DNA of 64,000 nt, taken from assembly GCA_963848305.1 (NCBI GenBank), contig CAWKDC010000001.1:1216001-1280000 (forward strand). Reading direction: 5' to 3'. The notes beneath the pieces were generated by a model. It did no database searches and was not told where the DNA came from. It saw only the letters and a program-made list of their open reading frames with translations. Position 1 is the stretch's first letter, and each line of letters begins with the position of its first letter. This stretch comes from an uncultured Gammaproteobacteria bacterium (GTDB lineage: Bacteria; Pseudomonadota; Gammaproteobacteria; JABCZS01). Of this stretch, positions 31,498-43,500 are shown in pieces. The position numbers and the translations under genes are program-made.

Positions 31498-31536
31498 GGA
31501 ATGAGTCACCAAAACAATGGAAGGGAGTATTTTATC

Positions 31537-31922
31537 ATGTTGGTCAAAAATAATCCTCATATTCATATCAAAGCACGCTCAGAATATATTATGTCTCAGT
31601 CAAGTCCAGAGGATGATCGTTACTTCTTTTCGTACACGATAGAAATCAGCAACTTGAGCGAGCAGACAGTAAAATTACTCTCTCGGCGCTGGGTTGTGAC
31701 AGATGCCCATGGGATGGAGCAAGTGATTGAAGGTTCAGGCGTGGTCGGTGAGCAGCCGGTGATCAAGCCCCAGGGGCCTTCCGATACACCAGTTGCGCAC
31801 TGTTGAAAACCCCTGTGGGGAGCATGGAGGGCAGCTATCGTTTCATGGTTCTTGAGACAACGGAGACCTTTGTTGCCCCCATCCCGGCCTTTGGTTTGGC
31901 AGATCCTGTTGTATTGCATTAA
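31537..31922 (+). CDS. apaG: ApaG protein, indel in a G-run near 31775
   Basis: QSSP..DRY.FSYTI.I.N, LLSRRW.VTD, G.GVVGEQP, then YTS..L.TPVGSMEGSY…IP.F.LA.P..LH. Confidence 0.93.
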
Positions 31923-32007
31923 AAAGATGCTGTGGATGTCTTGTCTTCTTGTCATGATCCTGAGAAAATAGCCCAGCCGCGCGTGAGCGGCATCGTGGAG
32001 AAAAAAT

Positions 32008-32802
32008 ATGTCATTGTTATCCAAGTTTCTAGCTATTGTGGCCGGATGCATGAGCGCTTTCTATTCAAGCGCTGCGTTTGCTGCCATGCAGTTGAATATG
32101 GTCAAAGGCGTGACGCCTGTCAGTCTCTCCCAATATGATCTTCACATGATCATGTTGGCTGTCGTCACTGCCATCGGGGTAGTAGTATTCGGTATACTCA
32201 TTTATTCAATAGTCATGCACCGCAAAGCCCGCGGCGTGAAACCGGCTGAATTTCATGAAAACATACATATCGAGGTGATTTGGACGGTCATTCCATTTGT
32301 CATTCTCATTGTATTGGCTATTCCTGCCACCCGAGCGCTGATCATGGGTTACGATACCCGTAAAGCTGACCTGACCATTGCTGTGACGGGTTACCAGTGG
32401 TATTGGAAATACGAGTATATGGGTGAAGATGTGTCTTTCACCTCTCACTCCACCACAACTCAAGAGCAAATCAATGGGTTATTACCCAAATCTGAACATT
32501 ACCTGTTGGAAGTAGACAATGTCTTGGTTGTGCCCACGCACACGAAAATCCGTTTCACTTTCACCGCGAATGACGTCTTGCATGCTTGGTGGATGCCTGA
32601 TTTAGGTATCAAAAAAGACACGATTCCCGGCTTCATCAATGAGTCGTGGGCTTATATTGAAACTCCCGGCGTTTATCGCGGTCAATGTGCCGAGCTTTGT
32701 GGCATTCATCACGGTTTTATGCCGATTGTGGTAGAGGCGAAATCGCCTGAAGAGTATCAAGTTTGGCTAAGCAGTCAAAAAAGCGCGAAGGAAAAATCAT
32801 GA
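32008..32802 (+). CDS. coxB: Cytochrome c oxidase subunit II
   Basis: [34 protein letters not shown] (CuA site). Confidence 0.98.
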   Translation: MSLLSKFLAIVAGCMSAFYSSAAFAAMQLNMVKGVTPVSLSQYDLHMIMLAVVTAIGVVVFGILIYSIVMHRKARGVKPAEFHENIHIEVIWTVIPFVILIVLAIPATRALIMGYDTRKADLTIAVTGYQWYWKYEYMGEDVSFTSHSTTTQEQINGLLPKSEHYLLEVDNVLVVPTHTKIRFTFTANDVLHAWWMPDLGIKKDTIPGFINESWAYIETPGVYRGQCAELCGIHHGFMPIVVEAKSPEEYQVWLSSQKSAKEKS

Positions 32803-34403
32803 GTACACACGATCACACCCATCACACCGACGACCACGTGCATGGCCCCGCAAAGGGCATCATGCGTTGGTTTTTCACCACCAACCATAAAGACATCGGT
32901 TCGATGTATTTATGGTTCAGCTTCATCATGTTTTTGGTGGGTGGCGCCATGGCAATGGTGATACGGGCTGAACTGTTCATGCCTGGGTTACAACTCGTTG
33001 ATCCTAATACATTCAACCAATTAACAACCATGCATGGGTTGATCATGGTGTTCGGAGGGGTGATGCCTGCTTTCACGGGGCTTGCCAACTGGATGATCCC
33101 CATGATGATCGGCGCACCTGATATGGCATTGCCACGGATGAATAACTGGAGCTTCTGGATTCTCCCGTTTACCTTCTCAATCTTGATCATGTCCTGGTTC
33201 ATGGATGGCGGCGCCCCCAACTTCGGTTGGACATTTTATGCGCCTTTATCCGTTCAAGGTCCGCCAAGCACTGACTTTTTCATTTTTTCTGTCCATTTGA
33301 TGGGTATTTCATCGATCATGGGTGCGATTAACGTGATCGTGACGATTTTTAATCTGCGTGCACCTGGCATGACGTGGATGCGCATGCCCATTTTCTGTTG
33401 GTCCTGGTTGATCACAGCGTTCCTGTTGATCGCGGTGATGCCCGTGTTGGCGGGTGCTGTCACCATGTTATTGACAGACCGTAACTTCGGCACCAGCTTT
33501 TTCAGCGCTGCGGGCGGCGGTGACCCCGTGCTGTTCCAGCATTTATTCTGGTTCTTCGGGCATCCTGAAGTGTACATCATGATTTTGCCTGCATTCGGTG
33601 TCATATCCGAAATCGTTCCCACTTTCGCCCGTAAAAAATTATTCGGTCGCACCTCCATGATTTATGCGATTGCGGCCATTGCCGGCTTGTCGTTCATCGT
33701 GTGGGCTCACCATATGTTCACGACAGGCTTGCCGATTGTTGCTGGGTTGTTCTTTATGTATGCGACGATGTTGATTTCAGTGCCTACGGGGGTCAAGATA
33801 TTTAATTGGACAGCGACCATTTTCAAAGGTGCACTGACGTTTGAAACACCCATGCTATTTTCATTGGCGTTCATTTTTCTCTTCACCATTGGTGGCTTTT
33901 CGGGCCTGATGTTGGCGTTGATTCCTGCAGATTTCCGTTATCACGATACCTATTTCGTGGTTGCTCATTTCCATTATGTGTTGGTGAGTGGCGCGGTCTT
34001 TTCGATTTATGCCGGCGCCTATTATTGGTTACCAAAATGGACAGGTACCATGTATAACGAAACTCTGGGTAAGTTCCATTTTTGGATTTCAGTGATTTCG
34101 GTCAACCTCACTTTCTTTCCCATGCATTTCGTGGGTCTTGCAGGCATGCCACGCCGTATCCCTGATTACGCGCTGCAGTTTGCGGACTTCAATATGTGGA
34201 GTTCAATCGGTGGGTTTATCTTTGGTTTGTCGCAATTCTTGTTCCTGTATATCGTGATTCAATGCATTCGCGGTAAAGGACGCAAAGCCACAGACATGGT
34301 ATGGGATCACCCACGTGGATTGGAGTTTATTCTTCATTCCCCACCGGCATACCATACTTTCAGCACGCCGCCCACATTGAAAGAAATTGAAGAGCATCAT
34401 TGA
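32799..34403 (+). CDS. coxA: Cytochrome c oxidase subunit I (aa3, A1 type)
   Basis: [37 protein letters not shown]. Confidence 0.99.
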   Translation: MSTHDHTHHTDDHVHGPAKGIMRWFFTTNHKDIGSMYLWFSFIMFLVGGAMAMVIRAELFMPGLQLVDPNTFNQLTTMHGLIMVFGGVMPAFTGLANWMIPMMIGAPDMALPRMNNWSFWILPFTFSILIMSWFMDGGAPNFGWTFYAPLSVQGPPSTDFFIFSVHLMGISSIMGAINVIVTIFNLRAPGMTWMRMPIFCWSWLITAFLLIAVMPVLAGAVTMLLTDRNFGTSFFSAAGGGDPVLFQHLFWFFGHPEVYIMILPAFGVISEIVPTFARKKLFGRTSMIYAIAAIAGLSFIVWAHHMFTTGLPIVAGLFFMYATMLISVPTGVKIFNWTATIFKGALTFETPMLFSLAFIFLFTIGGFSGLMLALIPADFRYHDTYFVVAHFHYVLVSGAVFSIYAGAYYWLPKWTGTMYNETLGKFHFWISVISVNLTFFPMHFVGLAGMPRRIPDYALQFADFNMWSSIGGFIFGLSQFLFLYIVIQCIRGKGRKATDMVWDHPRGLEFILHSPPAYHTFSTPPTLKEIEEHH

Positions 34404-34966
34404 TGGCCATGTCACGTCACACATCATTGATCATGAAATTGGTTGCTGGCGCTGCGTGCATGTTTGTGTTCACGTATGCGATGGTGCCTTTGTATGATAC
34501 ATTTTGTCGCGTGACAGGGATTAATGGTAAAACAGGTGGACGTGTGCGCATGGCCGATACGAGTGTCGACTATTCTCGTACCATCCGCGTAGATTTTGTC
34601 ACTCAAAATAACCAAGACATGCCTTGGGCATTTTATGGTAGACAGACTTATGTGGATGTTCATCCCGGTGAAATTGTACGGGTCATGTTCTATGCTAAGA
34701 ATGTGACAGGAGAAGACATGGTTGGGCAATCGATTCCAAGTGTGACGCCTGCGCAGTCTGCGCCGTATCTCAAGAAGACGGAGTGTTTTTGTTTCAACAA
34801 CCAGCCGTTGAAGGCTCATGCTGAAGAGGACATGCCTCTCGTGTTTTACATCGACCCAGCATTACCAGACGATATTTCGCAAATGACGTTGTCTTATACG
34901 TTGTTTGATATTACCCCTCGCACCGCATCAGAGAAAAACGGAGCTAACCATGACGAACAAATATGA
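34400..34966 (+). CDS. ctaG: Cytochrome c oxidase assembly protein CtaG/Cox11
   Basis: VPLY..FC..TG.NG, KTECFCF, TLSYT.F. Confidence 0.96.
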   Translation: MMAMSRHTSLIMKLVAGAACMFVFTYAMVPLYDTFCRVTGINGKTGGRVRMADTSVDYSRTIRVDFVTQNNQDMPWAFYGRQTYVDVHPGEIVRVMFYAKNVTGEDMVGQSIPSVTPAQSAPYLKKTECFCFNNQPLKAHAEEDMPLVFYIDPALPDDISQMTLSYTLFDITPRTASEKNGANHDEQI

Positions 34967-35846
34967 GCATTATTATGTCCCCGCACAAAGCCCCTGGCCT
35001 ATCGTTGGCGCAGTGGGGTTGTTCCTGTTTGCCATCGGTGCGGCAAAACTGATGCATGTCCATAATCCGAATATCGCAGCACCGCTCGATCAGGCGTTGA
35101 TGTTTTTCGTCGCCGGTGTAGGTGTTATTTTATTCATGGTGTTTGGCTGGTTTAATCATGTGATCAAAGAAAGCATGCAAGGGCTGTATTCTCCGCAGAT
35201 GGATCATTCATTTCGTTATGGCATGATGTGGTTTATTTTCTCAGAAGTGATGTTTTTTGCGGCTTTTTTCGGTGCCCTCTTTTATATCCGCGAGTTTTCT
35301 GTGGAATGGTTAGGTGGCAACGGTGTCAAGGGTATTGCGAAAACATTGTGGCCCCATTTTGAAGCCATGTGGCCACTATTGGATAATCCCGATCCAGAAA
35401 AATTTAAAGCGCCTAAAGAAGTGATTGGTTGGGACGGCATTCCTTTATTGAATACCGCAATCCTACTCACCAGTGGTGTGACCGTGACGTGGGCGCATTG
35501 GGCATTGAAAGCGAAAAAGCGTATTCAGTTGAATATCGGGTTGTTGCTGACAGTGATACTGGGTATCGTGTTTTTGGTTTTCCAAGTCCATGAATATGAA
35601 TTGGCGTACCATGAGTTGGGTTTAACTTTGAATTCCGGTGTATATGGTTCAACATTTTTCATGTTAACAGGTTTCCACGGCATGCATGTGACCTTGGGCA
35701 CGGTGATGTTGCTCGTGATTTTGCTGCGTTGCTTGAAAGGCCATTTTTCACCTGAACACCATTTTGCCTTCGAAGGGGTGGCCTGGTATTGGCACTTTGT
35801 TGATGTTGTTTGGCTTGGGTTGTTTATTTTTGTCTATGTACTTTAG
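34950..35846 (+). CDS. coxC: Cytochrome c oxidase subunit III
   Basis: SPWP, FIFSEVMFF, NTAILLTSG, TFFMLTGFHG.HV, WYWHFVDVVW. Confidence 0.98.
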   Translation: MTNKYEHYYVPAQSPWPIVGAVGLFLFAIGAAKLMHVHNPNIAAPLDQALMFFVAGVGVILFMVFGWFNHVIKESMQGLYSPQMDHSFRYGMMWFIFSEVMFFAAFFGALFYIREFSVEWLGGNGVKGIAKTLWPHFEAMWPLLDNPDPEKFKAPKEVIGWDGIPLLNTAILLTSGVTVTWAHWALKAKKRIQLNIGLLLTVILGIVFLVFQVHEYELAYHELGLTLNSGVYGSTFFMLTGFHGMHVTLGTVMLLVILLRCLKGHFSPEHHFAFEGVAWYWHFVDVVWLGLFIFVYVL

Positions 35847-35874
35847 AAATCCTGGCGCTTGCGGGGGATTTTCA

Positions 35875-36306
35875 ATGAGTGTAAAACCACTGACGATAGA
35901 TACGCCCTGCGTGGGCATCTGTTCCACCGTGTATGGCGACGAGATTTGCCGTGGTTGCAAACGCACTTACGATGAAGTGATTGATTGGAACCGTTTCACG
36001 CCTGAACAAAAATCGGCTGTGTACGATCGGTTGAATGAACACGCTGAGCACATTGTGTCGCAATTTTTCACCATTGTAGCACCCGAAAAATTGGCGAGTG
36101 CGCTCGATGATCAATCCATTCGCTATCGTCCCGACCATTCCCCAGCCACCTGGGTGCTGCAGTGGTTGCGCTTCACCCGTTTCGACAAATCCTGGGATGA
36201 GTTGGGTGTAACGGTGATGCCTGAATATCAATCATATACCCGGCGTGCGCTGTTTACAGTACTCGATGATCTGTTATTAACCATTTCCAAACAGGCATCA
36301 CGGTGA
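35875..36306 (+). CDS. DUF1289 family protein
   Basis: TPCVGICSTVYGDEICRGCKR…EV..WN. Confidence 0.88.
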   Translation: MSVKPLTIDTPCVGICSTVYGDEICRGCKRTYDEVIDWNRFTPEQKSAVYDRLNEHAEHIVSQFFTIVAPEKLASALDDQSIRYRPDHSPATWVLQWLRFTRFDKSWDELGVTVMPEYQSYTRRALFTVLDDLLLTISKQASR

Positions 36307-37188
36307 TGTGATAACTGATCTCATTATCGATAATCAGTTTTGTCCCTTCTTCTGCGAGGGTTAATATGAGACCCTCGGTTAAATGCGCGGTTGACATCGC
36401 CTCTAATAAGCCAGCGATTTCACGTGCATTTTTGTCCGGATCAGATAATGTTTTCGTGACTTGAATCGCTTAAATAATGCTGAGATCTTGCTTAATTAAG
36501 AAATCACATTCCTTTTTTCGTCGCAGGAATTCAATATACACTATGTTTTCTAATATGCGCCCAGTGTCTTCTGAAAATCGAAAAGATACTGCTGAAGACA
36601 AACCGACATCCATGGCATATATTTTTTATCATGAATCAATTGAGCTTTGAGTGAAAAGTCAAATTTATATAACTCTTTAAACAAAAAGATTTCCGTGAAA
36701 TAATGGCAATAATCCATCACCGTATTGGGGTGTAAGTTCAGTGCTTTGGATGCATTTCAGTAGCTGAATAATTTTGATGCATTGGCTGCAAGGTAAATCC
36801 CCAATTCTTTCTGATAAATGTTGCGCAAAGCGACAGCGGGAAAACCGCCCCATTCAGTGTAGCTTTTAAAATGGCGTTTAATGTCAATTTCCTTTTGACT
36901 GCTGACAGGCCATGTGCTGATGGAGCAATCATGAAACGATAAATATTCTTTAAATGACAATGTGTAAACATCAATTGCAAAATTTCGACCAGTTAATAGT
37001 GTGGCATATTCTTGTTTGATAAGCGATGAGTTGGAACCGCTCAACCATATTTGCTTCATTTCGCGCCGATCATATATTTTGCGAATATAAGAGACTCATT
37101 CTGGACATAATTGAATTTCATCCACTGGGAATCCCCCTTCCAGCCAAGGATTCCAGTCCATAAGGGCTTTGATGATGTCTTCTGGCAT
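36300..37188 (-). pseudogene. Decayed AAA_14/DUF4143 ATPase
   Basis: Fragments WNPW, DEIQ, SGSNSSL, LTGR, GGFP, KIYAMDVG, LENIV, CDF, RE..GL with stops, frameshifts and a missing Walker A. Confidence 0.85.
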
Positions 37189-37219
37189 GTGATCATCCCC
37201 TATAAAGGTTATGGCGCAC

Positions 37220-37264
37220 TTGATGTGCGGAACACATCAATCTTGATATAGTGCAGTGTATCAA
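37220..37264. promoter_or_regulatory. Tandem palindromic operator-like sites upstream of the AAA pseudogene
   Basis: TTGATGTG-N5-CACATCAA (37220-40) and TTGATATA-N6-TGTATCAA (37243-64). Confidence 0.55.
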
Positions 37265-37455
37265 ATTATAGGGTAACCCACTCCAAATCCTATTGTCATC
37301 CCCCCTTATAATGGTTCCAAGCAAAGTTAGCGTTCTCCGGGGAAAATATTAATGACCTAAAAGGAGAGCGCAATTGGAAAGCGAAGTACGGGGAAACGGA
37401 GGCTTCTGATGTAAAGCGGCTTAAATGCTAACATCCCACCATTAGCACAGAATAA

Positions 37456-37484
37456 GTGACATTCTGCTCACTTTCTGCTAACAT
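37456..37484 (+). promoter_or_regulatory. Putative typA promoter
   Basis: GTGACA-17-TAACAT with extended -10 TG; GAGGT RBS downstream. Confidence 0.45.
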
Positions 37485-37512
37485 CGCTACTTCATCATGA
37501 GGTGCCAAATCA

Positions 37513-39328
37513 ATGAACATTCGTAACGTGGCGATTATCGCCCACGTCGACCACGGTAAAACGACCCTGGTTGATAAACTGCTCGGTCAGAGCGGAACCC
37601 TGTCAAACCGCGGCCCTGCAGGCGTACGGGTCATGGACAGTAATCCTTTGGAACAAGAGCGTGGTATCACGATCCTGGCCAAAAACACGTCTTTAAATTG
37701 GAAAGGTTATCGCATTAATATCGTCGATACCCCTGGCCATGCGGATTTCGGCGGAGAAGTCGAGCGGGTGTTGTCCATGGTGGATTCCGTCCTGTTGCTG
37801 GTCGATGCGGTGGACGGCCCCATGCCTCAAACCCGTTTTGTGACTCAAAAGGCCTTTGCACACGGGTTACGCCCGATTGTGGTTATCAACAAGGTTGACC
37901 GTGAAGGTGCTCGCCCCCATTGGGCCATTGATCAGGTCTTTGACCTCTTCGATCGTTTGGGCGCGACGGATGAACAACTCGATTTCCCCATCATCTATGC
38001 ATCTGCACTGAAAGGTTTTGCCACGCTGGATTTGGCTCATGTGGATGAAGCCAAAGACATGGAACCGCTGTTCCAGGCCATCGTGGATCACGTCCCTCCA
38101 CCTCAAGTGGATTTGGAGGGTCCCTTCCAAATGCAGCTCAGCTCTCTCGACTACTCCAGTTTCTGGCGCCATCGGGATTGGGCGCATCAAACGCGGTAAG
38201 ATCAAGTCTAATACCCAGGTCAAAATCATTGACCGTGAAGGGGCGATCCGCTCTGGCCGTGTGCTGCAGATTTTGGGTTACCATGGTTTGGACCGTCAAG
38301 AAGTGCCTACTGCCGAGGCAGGCGACATTGTGGCTATCACGGGTATCGAAGGTATTCGCATCTCCGACACTATTTGCGATGTGAACAATGTTGAAGCCTT
38401 GCCCGCTCTGAGCGTGGATGAACCGACCGTGAGTATGATGTTCCAAGTGAACACCTCGCCATTTGCGGGTCGTGAAGGGCAATTTGTCACGAGCCGTCAA
38501 ATCCGTGACCGCCTGGATAAAGAATTGATCCACAACGTTGCATTGCGTGTGGAAGACACTGACAGCGGAGATCGCTTCTTGGTATCTGGCCGCGGTGAAT
38601 TGCACTTGTCGATTTTGATCGAAACCATGCGCCGCGAAGGCTTTGAACTGGCTGTGTCAAAACCTGAAGTGATTTTGAAAGAAATCAATGGTGAAATGCA
38701 AGAACCTTATGAAACGTTGACGCTCGATGTGGAAGAAGCCCATCAAGGCAGTTTGATGGAAATCCTAGGCTCACGGAAAGGCGAGTTGCGTGATATGGTT
38801 GTGGATGGTAAAGGCCGTGTTCGTTTGGATTATATTATTCCTGCACGGGGTTTGATCGGTTTCCACACAGATTTCTTGACCATGACATCCGGTAGCGGTT
38901 TGATGTATCATGTATTCGAAAAATACGGCCCTGTTCAAAAAGGGGCGGCAGCAAAGCGTCGCAACGGTGTGCTGATTTCGAATGCACAAGGCGCTTCAAC
39001 CGGCTTTTCGCTCTATAATCTGCAAGATCGTGGCCGCATGTTCATTGGCCCTCAAACCGATGTGTATGAAGGCATGATCATTGGTATTCATTCCCGCGAC
39101 AACGATCTTGTCGTGAATGTGATCAAAGGCAAGCAATTGACGAACATGCGTGCATCTGGCACTGACGAAAACATTATTTTAACGCCACCGTTAAAATATT
39201 CGTTGGAACAAATGCTCAGCTTTATCGAAGATGATGAACTGCTAGAAATCACGCCGAAATCACTGCGCATGCGCAAACGTTTCCTGAAAGAAAATGAACG
39301 TAAATCCGCCGGCCGCAGCAGCGATTAA
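37513..39328 (+). CDS. typA: Translational GTPase TypA/BipA, indel near 38160
   Basis: [49 protein letters not shown]. Confidence 0.97.
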
Positions 39329-40367
39329 TTTATCGCATATCATTGAAGCTGACATTGCGCGAGCAGGGGGAGCGATCCCCTTCTCGCGTTTTATGTATCT
39401 TGCTTTGTATCATCCCGAATTCGGTTACTACATGCGCCCGCATGAAAAATTTGGTCCCCGTGGAGACTTTATCACTGCGCCACTCATGACGCCGTTATTT
39501 GCGCAAGCATTGGCAAACAGTATGGTGGAGGAACTGAAAGCACACCCGTTTATTTTAGAATGGGGCGCCGGGAATGGCCAATTGGCGAAAGACATGCTCA
39601 CGTATCTCAATGCTGAAGGTTTGCATCCTCAATATATGATTTATGATATTAGCCCTGCATGTCGTTCCATGCAGCGCGAAACACTACAAGCATTTGGTGA
39701 CCAAGTGACCTGGTTGGATATGCCTCCAGAAACTTTCGAAGGCGTGATCATTGCCAATGAAGTGTTGGATGCATTGCCGGTTGATCTGTTTCATTATCGA
39801 GAGGGTCAATTGTTTGAGCGCGCCGTGACCTGTGTGGATCATCAGTTTGATTTTATCGATCGGCTTCCTGTTTGGCCAGGTATTTTGAATACAGATTTGA
39901 GTGATGAATATCGACAAGATTATATTTCTGAAAAACAGGTGTTCGCTGATGACTTAATGCGTGATTGGTTGAAGATATTGCGTGCGGGCAAAATCATCAT
40001 CATTGATTATGGTTTTCTGCGACATGAATATTATCACCCTGAACGTTCGCGCGGCACTTTGATGTGTCACACACAACATACCGCGCATGATAATCCTTTG
40101 GAGCATGTCGGCGAACAAGATATCACTGCGCATGTGAATTTCAGCGATTTGATCGAGATTGCACAAGCCAAGCAGGTTAATGTGACATTGTATACCCAGG
40201 CTGAATATTTGATTGAGCACGGTATATTAACATTGGCTCAGAAGTGTTTTTCCGAGAACATAGCTGAGCAACGTCTGGTTTCCCAGGCTCTGCGTACGTT
40301 GTTAGAGCCGCAGGAAATGGGGGAATTTTTTAAGGTGTTAACCGTGGTAAAAAGTCAGCATAAATGA
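39294..40367 (+). CDS. MidA/NDUFAF7-type SAM-dependent methyltransferase
   Basis: FM..ALY.P..GYY, GDFITAP, EWGAGNG, ANEVLDALP, IDYG, GEQDITAHVNF, MGE.FK. Confidence 0.93.
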   Translation: MNVNPPAAAAINLSHIIEADIARAGGAIPFSRFMYLALYHPEFGYYMRPHEKFGPRGDFITAPLMTPLFAQALANSMVEELKAHPFILEWGAGNGQLAKDMLTYLNAEGLHPQYMIYDISPACRSMQRETLQAFGDQVTWLDMPPETFEGVIIANEVLDALPVDLFHYREGQLFERAVTCVDHQFDFIDRLPVWPGILNTDLSDEYRQDYISEKQVFADDLMRDWLKILRAGKIIIIDYGFLRHEYYHPERSRGTLMCHTQHTAHDNPLEHVGEQDITAHVNFSDLIEIAQAKQVNVTLYTQAEYLIEHGILTLAQKCFSENIAEQRLVSQALRTLLEPQEMGEFFKVLTVVKSQHK

Positions 40368-40508
40368 ATCATCAACGTTTTTTAATAGTCGGTGTATTCA
40401 AAAAATCACTCAGTCTTGCACAAAGGGGTCACGCCAACGGCCTTGTGTATTATTGTTACAAACTGCTTTGCGTTGTATGAGAAAGATTTGGGTTCGTATT
40501 ATTGCCGC

Positions 40509-43500
40509 TTATAATATGACTGAAAGTAAGTATGTTTTGGCCCCGACAGACGTGCTCGATGAGTGCTGATTGCTATTGTCATTATTTGTCGCGTTAACCA
40601 CTCCAACATTATTAACAACAGGCATCGAAGTTTGAACCCCCATTTCTTTCGCCACATTTTTCAAGCCTTTTGTTAAATCAACTTGATGAACAGGGCTCAT
40701 CCAGGCTGTATAATATTTTTTCTCTCTCTCAAGGTTTGTGAATTTGTAGCCGTCCATGATGTTTCGATCTATTTTTTTAAATAAGTAGCAAAATTGTTCC
40801 CACAGGGTCATTTTAATTGCCGTGATACCATCAGCAAAATTGAATTGTTGAGGATTAGTTTGATCTCTTTCGCCTCGGATTGATTTCCCCGTGTTATCCA
40901 CCAAATAAAGGGAATAGCTCAATGTAGCACGATATTGTTGATGCACTTGTTTAACCAATTGTTTTGCGAAGAGATGACCGATGTGGGCAGCCATCCCAAG
41001 GAGATAGTGTTGTTTTTCCTTGGGTATCAGGTTTTTATATTTTTGAGAGCAAACAATGGATTGAGTGATATGGGAGAGGGTGCTATGACAATTGAGATTA
41101 TCGTATAGTGACATGAATTGTTCATCTGTTATTTTCTGTCTGTCATCCTTATCCCTGTCTGCTGTGTTGATCAGAAAATAAGCCAAATGCAGTGCAATGA
41201 TTCTTCTTGCATTTTCATCGTGGTTATGGCTGAGTGCATTGAGAGCATCCTTGCTCTTATCCGCATAAGAATACGTATAATTTCCCTTCTTAACATTTTT
41301 GTATTTATCATCAATACTCTGGCTCATCAGCTTCCCATCTTCCACACGAGCAAATATTTCCTTCCACTCATTGAATGTTATCAGGGATGCTTCATCGAAT
41401 GATTTTACAAAAACGTCCTCTCCTTTGCCAAATGTTTTTTCATGTGCCGCTTTCTCAATCACCTTCATTCTTTCCGTTTGATTGAGGGTGTTGGCAAGGT
41501 TATAGGTATCATGCATAAAGCCATTCAAGAAATCGCCGGCCAATGCGGCGATACCCAGTGCCATTTGCGGGGTGCCTGTGAAAGAGATGACAGCGAGACC
41601 TGGGATGGTGAAGCCAGCGAATAATGTGCTGGTTGTGATCACCCCAGCCGTGACCACAGGAGCTGTTTTTAAAATGTTTAACACTGTTTTGAGTAAACCT
41701 AATGTGATTGAATTCAGCAGCACGAATGAAATAAACTTTACCCAAAGCCATCCATAGGATGCATATCGCCATATCGGCGCGGTATGATGTCTGGCTTGAA
41801 CCAACTCAATGTCTGCCAATGTTTGTTTCCAGAGGGAAGTGACAGGTTCCAAAAATAAAAGGTATATGCCTGTTTTGATCTGGAACAACAGTATATTACC
41901 GGTGGTGGAGAGTTGTGTTCGGCTATGTTGAATGTCTTTGAGGTCACTTGTCCACAGTGGCAATTTATTCAATATATTCCAAACAATATTGTATACAAAG
42001 CCAAACGCGGTAGCCAAATAAAGCAGCGCAATCTTTGCAACATATTTTGATGTTGATCCATCTTCTTTGTAGACTTCACGTGCATATCGATACATGCGTT
42101 GAATATAATCGGCATGGTCATCATGCATTATTTCGCGCGCAGTTTGTGCAATATTGTTATTCGTTTTAAGGAAAAGATCGCCAAATAATGAGAGCATCCA
42201 ATATGCGCCACCACCCAACATCATGGGAATGGCTGTGATCACACTAAAGACAAGGCGTGCAATATATCGACAGGGTGCAAAAAAAAGATTGTCGCCGTGT
42301 GCATAGCTCAATGCCTGGTCAATATCACGCACACCTTTATGAAGGGCATTCACGACTTTGGCAAGGTTATCCCATAACCTGCCCAGACGTTTGAGGCCAT
42401 AATATAAGAAGTAGGGAATATTGAAGATCAAATAAAATGCTGTGGCAATATATGCCAGCGTTGTCGATTTTTTGTCGAGCCATTTGATAAACGTTTTACA
42501 ATGGTATCCCCATAAGCGAGGGTGAAATGTCGATACTTTTTTCTGTTGAGTGAGGTACAGATATTTTTTCTCGTCAGGCGTCAGTAATTTTTTTATGCCT
42601 GTCCCTATGCCCCTGCCCCAGGTGGTGAAAAACCCACGAAATTCCTTGGCAAGCCGCTCCCATTTTATCCAGGTTTGGCTATCAGGGGATTTGGTATCGA
42701 AGAAGATAGATGCAGCGTCAGCAGTTTCTGTCTCAGGAATATGATTAGGATTTTCTCTGGGCACGGTTATTGGACTGACCGTTTTTTGAGGCTCTTGGGG
42801 ATTATATTGCATGTCGAATTGTGCTTTTAACACCTCCATGCTGTCCAATCGTTGTTCATGATTATTGATTTGTGCATCGAGGGTATTTAGCTCGTCTAAT
42901 AGGTGCAAATAATGGATTTGAAAAATGCGTACGCGTCTTTCAATTTCCTTTTCCCCGTCATCTTCTGTGTATGTATATTGATTATACTGGCTGAGTTTTT
43001 GTTCGAGAGCAGCATACGTGTCCGCAGTATGATTAAAATTGTTATCTGTTGCTTTAATGCGATACTTTTCGTCAAACTGTGTATAGAAGATAAAATAATT
43101 AGCCAGTGCTACTGAATCATTTGGCTTGAAATTTATTTTTTTAGTGAAGGGATAATAAATCGCCATTTCACGCAAAATCTGTGCTCTTTTGCTGTAGAGC
43201 GATGTAGACATCATCTCTATCGAATCTTGATGGGAGTTGTGTTTTCCTTTGTCTCGATAATCTGTTTTCCCATTGTAAAGAGGACGGTGTAGCACATCGA
43301 TAAGGCGTTGCTCATATTCGCGAATATGTTTTTTTATCTGGGCAGATTCGCTGTTAATATATAAAAACTTTGCATTTTTTTGGGGTTCTTCTGTTCTGTC
43401 GTGATCATGATGCTCGGCACAAAAGATCGATTTTTGTTCTCTTTGAATGAGACGATCGATCATCGCGATATTCTCTTGTCCAATGCTGACAATCAATTTT

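Noticed and set aside
22778-39328. Programmed ribosomal frameshifting in lptD, apaG, typA and others
   Set aside because: No consistent slippery sites, the shift directions vary, and these genes are not known to be recoded; sequencing indels are the simpler explanation
40364-40480. 38-aa ORF coupled to the MidA-type methyltransferase stop
   Set aside because: No RBS or recognisable features; may be a shadow of a frameshifted tail of the opposite-strand 1221-aa gene
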